Assembly: GCA_963789265.1 (NCBI GenBank)
Contig: CAWBKB010000003.1
Coordinates: 640,001 to 704,000, forward strand
Source: an uncultured delta proteobacterium
GTDB lineage: Bacteria; Desulfobacterota; Desulfomonilia; Desulfomonilales; Desulfomonilaceae
Reading direction: 5' to 3'
DNA: 64,000 nt
Positions 20,121 through 28,900 of the stretch are shown piece after piece. The translations under genes and the position numbers were made by a program. Below the pieces are notes generated by a model. The model was given only the letters and a program-made list of their open reading frames with translations, was not told the origin of the DNA and searched no databases. How positions within the stretch are numbered: position 1 is the stretch's first letter; every line of letters starts with the position of its first letter.

Positions 20121-22208
20121 TCACGAAACAATCTGCTCGGTGTAGGCCCCTCCCACCACTTTTCCGCTTTCGGTGATGACCCAGTCGAAAACTTCACCCT
20201 CGCTTATCTGAACGCGGCTCCCTTTGTGCAAATCTTTTCTCAACACCGGTGTGTTTTCCAGGTGCCCCACCAGGGCCTGACCTCGCCACGCCACCAGCGA
20301 TACCCACATCCATTCGTAAGCGTCTCCTTGCGCGGGGAAGCCCACCTTTACCGCATGTACGTGGCCGTGTGAGGGCTCGGCTTGCTTATGAAAACTCTGC
20401 TTGAATATAGGCAGACCGGCTCTGGCCTTTTTATGGGCTGTCAACAGCCTTTCCCTCACCGCCTCATTGCTTGTGTTTGGTGCAGTGTCGGGATTGATCG
20501 GCCCGGCGGGCGATTCGGCTTTTCGCCTAGAATTACGATCCGGGCTCGCCTTTGATTGCAACATCGTCAAGGCGTGTTTGATGGCAGCCGGACTTTGAGG
20601 ATCATAGTCCGAGACGTACGGGAGAATTCTCAGACTTCCCTCCGGGAAGTGATTCTCCTCGTCTCGGGGTCTAACTTCCATTCTAAAAAAGAAGGGCGTA
20701 TTTGGAATATTCAGCGGCTGTCCAAAATTCTGCCTCTTCTGTCTGCAATCAATGAGAGTCTCTCCCACGAGAGACAGCATTGCACGCGCAGATGGAGCCA
20801 AATCGGCCGGAACTTCTTCAATCTCAATTTCAGGGAGCCCGAATTTCTGCATCCCGTGGCTGTGAATCCAAACCATGCCCTCCTCGTCCAGGAGCTCAAA
20901 TTGAACATGGGATTCAACAAGCTTGTCCGGTGGTTCGTGTAAGTGCCTCTGCCACTGGCTGGTTCCCCATAGTGTGTGCGAGACCGCGTCCTGGACTATG
21001 CCGCCGGTGAGACCGCGCACTGCTTCCACGAACATCACCATAAAACTCAGATAATTGGGATGGGGGGCCTCGGGAACGGCAAGACGGAGTCTCACTATGA
21101 TTTTGGCCTCTGTGAGTTTTCTCCGGTCACTGTCGTCGAGATCCCTGGAGTTGAGAGGGATCAACTCTTCGGGGTAGTTGAACAGCTCTTTGGCATCCTG
21201 CTTTAGCACGTAGTCAATTGTCAGATTGTTCTTGTCGAGCATGGACTCCAGGAAGTTGAAAGCCGCATTCCGGCCGCTTTTGGCGGGTTGCTGTTCAGCA
21301 AGCCGGTCTTGGATGCCCTCCCATCGAGGAATTGCCGAACTGGGCGCGTAGATCCAATATTCCGTCAGCGCTTGAATCTTTTTTGTCGGGCCTCGTCCCG
21401 GTTCAAGGCCCTGGCCTTCTTTGTTTCGCTCGATGAGGTCCAGCTCGGGCCACTCACTTTTTTTTGGATGCTCCGGCGGCGCAACGAAACTTCGAGCCCG
21501 ATCGGTCAATGACTTCAGCCCGTCTCTTCCTGCACCGCCGAGTAAACGATGTATCTTCCCGTTTCCTCGAAAAAGGCTTCTTATTCCCAGGCCTTCCGAT
21601 CGCTTCAATTCCCTTCGAGCCTGTTTGACCAAGGGATTACGAGGGTCCATGTTCGGATGCGAGTCAAGCAACCTCCTGGCCTCCTCCACCTTCTCAATTC
21701 CAACAAGCGCCACCGCCAATTGAGCAACGTCGTCGTCTTGAATGCGGCCCGCAGACTCCACGAGCGCCCGCCCCACTGTGGCCGCCTCATGGAATTTCTG
21801 CTGAGCGATCAGCAAGGCCAACAACGCACGCATAATTTCAGGGTCGGCCGGGGACTCTTTACGTGCCTGAACAAGAAAATCTTCTGCTTTCTTTGTCTCT
21901 CCGAGCCCTGCGTACCCTACACCCAGTGCCTTGTTGATGTCCTCCATCGGACCGTAGTGGTGGACCAGGGATTCCAAAGCATAAACAACATCCCTTCCGA
22001 CGTCCCCTCCATTGAGAATTCTTCTACAAAACGCGAGCATTTTGTGACGAGCTTCTTCAGGAACGGCCTCGCCTGCTCCAGGAGTCCACTGTTTTGGTAC
22101 TTTCGAGTGGCAATGAGGACAGTTGAGAAAATCGTCTGATATTGATAAGAATCTTTCCTCAGACAAGGTTTGAATGTATCCGCATTCCGGGCATCTCACC
22201 TGGATCAT
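20121..22208 (-). CDS. Zinc-ribbon / TPR / DUF4026-like / DUF2314-like multidomain protein
   Basis: CPECG..CPHC at the N-terminus, TPR-like helices, WIHSHGMQKFGLPEIE, C-terminal EWMWV..GHLENTP..DW. Confidence 0.7.
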   Translation of the reverse strand: MIQVRCPECGYIQTLSEERFLSISDDFLNCPHCHSKVPKQWTPGAGEAVPEEARHKMLAFCRRILNGGDVGRDVVYALESLVHHYGPMEDINKALGVGYAGLGETKKAEDFLVQARKESPADPEIMRALLALLIAQQKFHEAATVGRALVESAGRIQDDDVAQLAVALVGIEKVEEARRLLDSHPNMDPRNPLVKQARRELKRSEGLGIRSLFRGNGKIHRLLGGAGRDGLKSLTDRARSFVAPPEHPKKSEWPELDLIERNKEGQGLEPGRGPTKKIQALTEYWIYAPSSAIPRWEGIQDRLAEQQPAKSGRNAAFNFLESMLDKNNLTIDYVLKQDAKELFNYPEELIPLNSRDLDDSDRRKLTEAKIIVRLRLAVPEAPHPNYLSFMVMFVEAVRGLTGGIVQDAVSHTLWGTSQWQRHLHEPPDKLVESHVQFELLDEEGMVWIHSHGMQKFGLPEIEIEEVPADLAPSARAMLSLVGETLIDCRQKRQNFGQPLNIPNTPFFFRMEVRPRDEENHFPEGSLRILPYVSDYDPQSPAAIKHALTMLQSKASPDRNSRRKAESPAGPINPDTAPNTSNEAVRERLLTAHKKARAGLPIFKQSFHKQAEPSHGHVHAVKVGFPAQGDAYEWMWVSLVAWRGQALVGHLENTPVLRKDLHKGSRVQISEGEVFDWVITESGKVVGGAYTEQIVS

Positions 22209-22378
22209 GTGCAAGCTCCTCACCAAAAACCGACTAAACCGGCATGGCCGCAGCACGTTACGGCTGAAGACGTGAGATAACTTTCACAAAAATATACAAG
22301 TGTCAAGAAAAACAGTTATAATTACCAGAAACCAAGAATATGAAATGAAATGAAACGCAAAGGAAAAAACGCTCTCTG

Positions 22379-24235
22379 ATGTGCGGAATCTCTGGAATCG
22401 TCGACTTTTACGATGGGCCTTCGGCTGAAACGGTCGAGCAAATGGCTCTTGCCCTTCGTCACCGAGGTCCGGATACTGGCGGTGTGTGCTCGTTCGGTTC
22501 ATGCGTTCTTGGGCATCGGCGCCTGTCGATACTCGACCTTTCTGATTGCGCGAAACAGCCCATGCTGTCACGAGATGGGATGATTGCCCTAGTCTTTAAC
22601 GGCGAGATCTACAACTTTCATGAAATCCGCAGCCGACTCGAAAGTAGCGGCCATCGTTTCCGAAGCCGCTCCGACACCGAGGTTATTCTTGAACTCTATC
22701 TCGAAAAGCAAGAAGCTCTCGTCGAAGACCTCAACGGCATGTTCGCCCTCGCTATATGGGATGAACGCAAGAAGAGTCTTTTTCTGGCCAGGGATAGACT
22801 TGGGAAAAAACCTCTGTACTATCATCACAAGGACGGCCGACTGACTTTTTCCTCGGAACTGTTTTCTTTGATTCAAGACACGACTGTTCCGCGAGACATC
22901 TCGGAGCAAGCGCTGTCCGAGTATCTTCTTTACGATTTCATCCCGGGCCCGCACTCGATTTTTCAAGGAGTCCACAAGTTACCGGCCACGCGTACGGCCA
23001 CCTTTGATACTCAAGGTCTCCGTGTTGAGCAATATTGGGGACTACCCGGGCCTGAGAATTGCGCGGATTATCAGGCACGCACTACACTGCTCGAAGAATT
23101 GATCTCGGATGCAGTCCAGATGCGCCTTGTATCGGATGTGCCCCTTGGATCATTCCTAAGCGGCGGAATCGATTCTACTCTCGTCACGGCCTTGATGAGG
23201 CGCAACGACTCGGACAGGATAAAGACCTTTAGCATTTCATTTCCGGGAACCAGCTATGACGAATCTAAATGGTCCCAACTGGCAGCGAAGGAACTCGGAA
23301 CCGACCACCACCAGTACCCGGTGGAATATGACATCGAAGGAGTGTTCTCACGGATTATTCGCCACTTCGGAGAGCCGTTCGGGGACTCTTCCGCCATACC
23401 TACCTGGCACCTGTGCCTGCGGACGAGAGAGCACGTGACTGTTGCCCTCTCGGGGGACGGCGGCGACGAGTTGTTCGGGGGGTACGAGCGCTATTTGGCC
23501 CGCCGCTTCCAGTTGATGTACGATATGCTCCCATCCGCTTTCCGAGAGCATCTGCTGGAACCTCTCATTAACCGACTTCCCGGAAGCACGGACTACTACG
23601 GCGTTAGTTTGAGCAAGAAGCTGAAGTTATTCGTTCAAGCCTCAAAGCGGATACGCGAAAATCCACTGGCAGTGGTCCCTCGTACTTTTTCCGGGGAGGA
23701 ACTGATCCACCTCACAGGGGCTAATTACCAGCTCGATATCGACCCGGTACTGTCGGCCGCTCGGCAGTGGATCGGCCTTGATCCGGTCAGTCGAATGTTG
23801 TTCACCGATATTCAAACCTATCTCGGTGAGGATATTCTCACGAAAGTGGACCGGATGAGCATGGCTCATTCTCTCGAAGTTCGCGCTCCGCTCCTTGATT
23901 ACCGCGTCGTGGAGTTTGCGTGCCGTTTGCCTTTGGCATTCAAGATAAAGGGGGCCACTACAAAAAGGATTCTCAGAGACGCAGCGCGCGGCCACGTGCC
24001 GGAGCCCATTCTCAAGCGGTCCAAATACGGCTTTCAAATCCCTCTTGGTACCTGGTTCAAGGAAGGACTTCGGGCATGGGCGCAACAGAGGCTGTTTGAC
24101 CGCGCTCATGGCTTTTTTCAGGAAAAGAGCCTCGAAAAGATCTGGGAAGACCATCAGCGCGGACGAACAGATAATGCCCATAAGATCTGGCTGCTTATAT
24201 TCTTTAACGAATGGTACGATCAATTCGCCGGATGA
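22379..24235 (+). CDS. asnB: Asparagine synthase (glutamine-hydrolyzing) family amidotransferase
   Basis: MCGI, HRGPD, FNGEIYN, LSGGIDS, SGDGGDELFGGY. Confidence 0.93.
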   Translation: MCGISGIVDFYDGPSAETVEQMALALRHRGPDTGGVCSFGSCVLGHRRLSILDLSDCAKQPMLSRDGMIALVFNGEIYNFHEIRSRLESSGHRFRSRSDTEVILELYLEKQEALVEDLNGMFALAIWDERKKSLFLARDRLGKKPLYYHHKDGRLTFSSELFSLIQDTTVPRDISEQALSEYLLYDFIPGPHSIFQGVHKLPATRTATFDTQGLRVEQYWGLPGPENCADYQARTTLLEELISDAVQMRLVSDVPLGSFLSGGIDSTLVTALMRRNDSDRIKTFSISFPGTSYDESKWSQLAAKELGTDHHQYPVEYDIEGVFSRIIRHFGEPFGDSSAIPTWHLCLRTREHVTVALSGDGGDELFGGYERYLARRFQLMYDMLPSAFREHLLEPLINRLPGSTDYYGVSLSKKLKLFVQASKRIRENPLAVVPRTFSGEELIHLTGANYQLDIDPVLSAARQWIGLDPVSRMLFTDIQTYLGEDILTKVDRMSMAHSLEVRAPLLDYRVVEFACRLPLAFKIKGATTKRILRDAARGHVPEPILKRSKYGFQIPLGTWFKEGLRAWAQQRLFDRAHGFFQEKSLEKIWEDHQRGRTDNAHKIWLLIFFNEWYDQFAG

Positions 24236-24305
24236 CCTGAGCAGGAATTGCAGAAGATTGTAAATTCGGCATCGCACAGTTCAGCTTCTTGTAACAGAGC
24301 ATCGG

Positions 24306-24464
24306 GTAAACCTGAAAGCGGAGCTTGAGATTCGCCACTTGAACGCTAAAATCGATCAGTTATTGACAAAACATTGGAGCAGATTACTGGAAACCCAGCA
24401 GGTGCAGATAGGGTTGCTGAAGGCCACAGCACGGGATGTTCGGCAACGGAACACAGAAATGTAG
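24306..24464 (+). pseudogene. C-terminal fragment of a DUF1003-family membrane protein
   Basis: Manual translation gives VNLKAELEIRHLNAKIDQLLTKHWSRLLETQQVQIGLL..., with no start codon or N-terminal part. Confidence 0.65.
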
Positions 24465-24504
24465 ATACTTGCGCCAATTTCCTGGTAATTTGGAGTATGT
24501 CGTA

Positions 24505-25359
24505 ATGAAAGAAAACTGCCCAAGTAAGACTGCCGAGAGCGTTGCAAGGCGACGCGCTGCGCATCAGATTTTTGACGATCCTACGGTATTTTCCGATCCC
24601 ATCGCGCTTAAAATAATCCCCGCGGATACCGAGGCGGCCATGGAGTCAGATCCACAGGGATTGGAACAGACTCCATGGTCGCGCTATCTCCGGGCCTCCG
24701 TGGCGGCACGAAGTCGATATGCCGAGGACCAGCTCGACATTGCCGTCAAAAGGGGCGTCCGCCAATATGTCATTCTCGGCGCGGGACTTGACACCTTCGC
24801 CTACCGCAATCCATATCCCGAGGATATTCTACTTGTCTTTGAAGTAGACCATTCGGCCACCCAGGTCTGGAAGCGCGCTCTACTTGATGAAGGTGGCATC
24901 CAAGCTCCCGTCAGCCTCACTTTTGTGCCGGTGGACTTTGAAACCCAAATCCTTGAGAGAGAGCTGCAACGAGCAGGTTTTAAGGCCAATGAGCCAGGCT
25001 TTTTCTCATGGCTTGGAGTGACCCCATATCTTACGAATGAGGCGATCGCGGACACGTTACGATTTGTTGCCTCCATGCCGGTCGGAAGCGTAATTGTTTT
25101 CGATTATATGATTTCGCCGTCTCTGCTTAGTCCCGTTTCTCGGCAGGCTTTTGAGGAGTTGGCACATCGCGTGGACTTGGTTGGCGAGCCCTTCCGGACT
25201 TATTTCGATCCGTCTTCTCTTGAGATCACTCTGAAGGCAATGGGTTTCGGACAGATCGAGGACGTCGGACCTTCGGAAATCAATGCTCGATACTTTAGCG
25301 GACGCGCGGACGAGTTGAAGGTCGGGGACGGGGTGCACATAATGAAGGCGCAGGTATGA
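24505..25359 (+). CDS. SAM-dependent methyltransferase, LCM/Ppm1-like family
   Basis: QYVILGAGLDTFAYR, FEVDH, WLGVTPYL. Confidence 0.88.
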   Translation: MKENCPSKTAESVARRRAAHQIFDDPTVFSDPIALKIIPADTEAAMESDPQGLEQTPWSRYLRASVAARSRYAEDQLDIAVKRGVRQYVILGAGLDTFAYRNPYPEDILLVFEVDHSATQVWKRALLDEGGIQAPVSLTFVPVDFETQILERELQRAGFKANEPGFFSWLGVTPYLTNEAIADTLRFVASMPVGSVIVFDYMISPSLLSPVSRQAFEELAHRVDLVGEPFRTYFDPSSLEITLKAMGFGQIEDVGPSEINARYFSGRADELKVGDGVHIMKAQV

Positions 25360-25618
25360 TGCGGCAGGCAAAACGGTCAAAAAGCCGGCATGAGCGCGGT
25401 GTACCATGCTCCTACGCAGAGTTGGGCTGAAGCCATGTATCACCACGCACAAATGAGTCAGTCCAACTTCCTTCGCGTAAATAAACGATCACGAGCTTAT
25501 CTTTGTTGACTTTGATCACGAATTGGTGCTAATAGTAATGTAGTTTCAAAGTATTGGAGCTCAATCATATTCTGGGTCCACAACAATCCTATGTTACCGT
25601 AGGATTGTGGAAGCTAAG

Positions 25619-26464
25619 ATGTTCATTAAGTTTTGGGGAGTTCATGGAAGCCTCCCCAGGCCCGGCCCCTCGACTATAAAATATGGCGGAAACACCGCGT
25701 GTGTTGAGGTTCGCTGCGCCGGCACTCTGATTATTTTCGACGCGGGTACAGGCATCCGCGAACTGGGAGAGGATCTCCTAAGGCACCAGAAGTGCTGTTC
25801 CGGCACGGGTTGCGGTATTTGTGCTCACATCTTCTTTTCACACCTCCATTGGGACCATGTTCAGGGATTTCCTTTCTTCGATCCTGTTTATAAGCCGGGC
25901 AATGAATTTCACCTTTATGGGGCACGCGGCCTTAATGTCACTGTGCGTCGGATCATGAGCGATCAAATGTGCCGGCCGAACTTCCCTGTGGACCTCAGCG
26001 ACCTGGCCGCGTCCATAAGCTTCCACAATCTGCGTCCCGGAGAACAGCTTGCCATCGACAACGTGCAGATACAGACGGCAATGCTGAATCACCCGGGAGG
26101 AGGGCTCGGTTACAGGCTCCAAGACTCAAATGGGAAAACCGTTGTGTACGCTTCCGATATGGAATGCGTGCAGGGGGTCGTATCTGAGATGTTGGACCTG
26201 GCCCGTGATGCCGACGTGCTGATCTGTGACAGCATGTTCACACCAGAGCAATACCTTGGTCTCTGGGATGACCTTTCCAGGGAGTCTTGGGGCCACAGCA
26301 CCTGGGAAGGCGCGGTGGAATTCGCTTTGGCGGCGGATGTACGGCAATTAGTCTTGTTCCATCATGGCAACGACGATTGCGTGGTGGAACAAATCGAGGC
26401 CAAAGCCCGAGCAAGATTTTCCCGGACCGTGGCAGCCTATGAAGGACTCGAAATTGAGTTATAG
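25619..26464 (+). CDS. MBL-fold metallo-hydrolase
   Basis: YGGNTACVE, DAGTG, SHLHWDHVQG, WGHS. Confidence 0.88.
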   Translation: MFIKFWGVHGSLPRPGPSTIKYGGNTACVEVRCAGTLIIFDAGTGIRELGEDLLRHQKCCSGTGCGICAHIFFSHLHWDHVQGFPFFDPVYKPGNEFHLYGARGLNVTVRRIMSDQMCRPNFPVDLSDLAASISFHNLRPGEQLAIDNVQIQTAMLNHPGGGLGYRLQDSNGKTVVYASDMECVQGVVSEMLDLARDADVLICDSMFTPEQYLGLWDDLSRESWGHSTWEGAVEFALAADVRQLVLFHHGNDDCVVEQIEAKARARFSRTVAAYEGLEIEL

Positions 26465-26752
26465 ATATCGGCTGTAAGCTTGCTTGTCGGCAATGCTCTT
26501 AAATTCCGGTTTATAGCAATGCCAAAAATTTTGTCCGATTCGGAGGATAAAATCCGGGGATTGTGGGGGCGATTCCGCTGGACGCGTGACCGCCCTGGGT
26601 TATTGCCATTCGCCCCTACAACGTCCCGCTGATAAAAGGACATCGTTTATGGCAACTGCTCTATGTGGCAAGGCGCGCTGTCCCCGATTTTCCACCGCTC
26701 TTTGTATCGCAGGCAAAGATCCACGACATCTCTCTCGGCGTGCAAAAATAGG

Positions 26753-27802
26753 TTAGATCCTGTCCTTGATAACGTGAAATGACACCGTGGCCGCGGTAAC
26801 CATGCTCCGCCCCGTGTACAAAAAGCTGGCCAGACCGATCAACTGCAGAAAGATAATTGCGGCAGGATCCCACAGTGAAAGCATTCCCGCCGTGACATCC
26901 GCAGTGGGAAGTGGTTCCGGGGCAAGCATCGCTACCAGAAGAACAACATAAACAATGGCCAAGGCCGCCATGATTTGATAAGTGGTGACTTTGCCGCCGC
27001 CCCTGTAGTCAGCTCGCAAAATTTCAGATGAGGCCCGCCAGGCTTGAGTTACCACGAGGACCAGGATAAGGGCCGTAGAATAATAGCTCTTCAAATAAAG
27101 GAAAGTCCCGACAAGGCTCACCGCAAGGTACATGGTGGATGTAACAGCTTGTATCGGAACAACGCTATCGCCCTCTAAACCGCCTTCGTAAGCAATCTTC
27201 TTGGTCTTACCCGAAAAAACAAAAGGGTACCCATTGAAGGTCCGCCGTATCCAAGGCCGGCACTGCGATAACGGCTTTCCGTAGCAGCAACCAAAACTTA
27301 TGCAAGCTAGACGTCCCAGACCTTCTCCCATGCCATAGGCTATGGAGATCGCGGCAAGCGTTGGAAGCAAAGGCACGTGGTTCGACTGCGCTCCGAAGAC
27401 CCGGTCCACGAACCACACTATGGCAGGAGCCACAAGTATACCCAGAAAAGAAGCCCCTGCTATAGTAAGAGTGTGAGGCTTCTTCTCGACTAAGCGAGCC
27501 ACCACTTTCGCCGCGGGCAAACAAAGTGCGAAGACTAATCCCACGATCATGATTCTGGCTTGCAGAGGGACCCGGATTGCGGCCAACAGCACGAATATGA
27601 TTAGCACGGCCACCACAGCGGCCAATGCGCTGAAAAAGCCGTAGTAGGTCAGGTTAACACCTCTCCAGCTATCCATGCCGTTCTTGGAAATAGGAATGGA
27701 TGCCAAAATTTGCCATTGTTCTGAGGGCAGAGCCCTGAAGGCCCACCCGAGTAACAGGCCGAAAAATATGGCTAGCGCCAGGACGAAGAACTCATCATAC
27801 AT
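26753..27802 (-). CDS. Lgt-like (prolipoprotein diacylglyceryl transferase family) membrane protein
   Basis: Multiple hydrophobic segments. YYGFF, GRLACISFGCCYGKP, P.Q and R...E.LRAD match Lgt-family motifs. Confidence 0.72.
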   Translation of the reverse strand: MYDEFFVLALAIFFGLLLGWAFRALPSEQWQILASIPISKNGMDSWRGVNLTYYGFFSALAAVVAVLIIFVLLAAIRVPLQARIMIVGLVFALCLPAAKVVARLVEKKPHTLTIAGASFLGILVAPAIVWFVDRVFGAQSNHVPLLPTLAAISIAYGMGEGLGRLACISFGCCYGKPLSQCRPWIRRTFNGYPFVFSGKTKKIAYEGGLEGDSVVPIQAVTSTMYLAVSLVGTFLYLKSYYSTALILVLVVTQAWRASSEILRADYRGGGKVTTYQIMAALAIVYVVLLVAMLAPEPLPTADVTAGMLSLWDPAAIIFLQLIGLASFLYTGRSMVTAATVSFHVIKDRI

Positions 27803-27882
27803 TTCGTCAGTTCCTCATAATCATTGAAGCCGCCCGCTTATCACCGGCGGAATCCATTGGGAAATGGCTTAAATGACCCATG

Positions 27883-28886
27883 TCACCGTGCACAGGTAGT
27901 CCCGATAACAGATCGCACCTTTAAATCAGTTTCCACCAACGATTGCCCGAAACCTTTCGAGAAACGACTCTGGACACCCATCAGACCAAGATTGCGGACA
28001 AGGTCCTCCGAGAATTCAACTCGCCGACTTTGAAACAGGAGCACATCAGTACCTGCTGCCGGGACGAAACAGGCTCTTGGGCAATCCTTTGCCCAAAAAC
28101 AGTCCTACAGCCGCCGGCCGCGGGTTTTCATATCGCGTTTCGCTGTAGGCTTGAACGATCTCGCCGATCATAAGGGCCACGATTTCTATCATTGCAACAA
28201 GACCGGCGCCCGTTCCACCCGGAACGTCCGTATCTATGATCGTCACCACACGCTTATTTTTTGAAAACGGCGTAACCACGGTTACTACCGCACCGGGATT
28301 GCACGAGTGATAACCTCCGGGAATTTCGTACACATCCACTACCTGCCCTGCAACAGGGGTGTGGTTGTAATGATATTTTTCCGGAGTCAGCCTGAAGATT
28401 GCAAAATCGCCGTGAGAGAATGCATCGATCCACCGGCGCTTGTCTCTGCCTAGGAGTTCTTCCAATTCGAAGAATTTCTCCTTGAGAAACAAGCCCGAAA
28501 TCTCGCTCAATGAACCGAATATGACCCTGGAATCAGCCGGAGAAACTACCGCGCCTGGGGATTCGGGCATCGGCCGGAGTTCCCAGTAACGGATTTGACG
28601 CTCGAAGATCTTTCTAGATGTGGTCAGTTTCTTTCGGGGCAATGCATTCACTAAGATCTACACCGGATTTTCGCAACGAAATCATAGTCCGACGATCAAG
28701 GAACCCGTCGTAGTTGACCGCGGCGAGCAGGCTGGAAACTCGGGGACCGGTAAGCGCCCGGAAGAGGATTGGGATTCTCTCTCTGGCTACAGAGTACAGG
28801 AGCCGAATCGGTTTATCTCCTACGAGTTCCTCGGTGCAGATACGGCCGGTTTCTCGCTCTACAAATTGGTGTAGCATGATTGTCAT
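27883..28886 (-). CDS. Phosphatidylserine decarboxylase-family protein (frameshifts near 28640 and 28052)
   Basis: FERQIR, VVSPADSR, RLTPEKYHYNHTPVAG, NKR. Correcting one base gives FRPGSSTDVLLF, the autocleavage motif. Confidence 0.85.
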
Positions 28887-28900
28887 TCGTGCCGAGCTTC

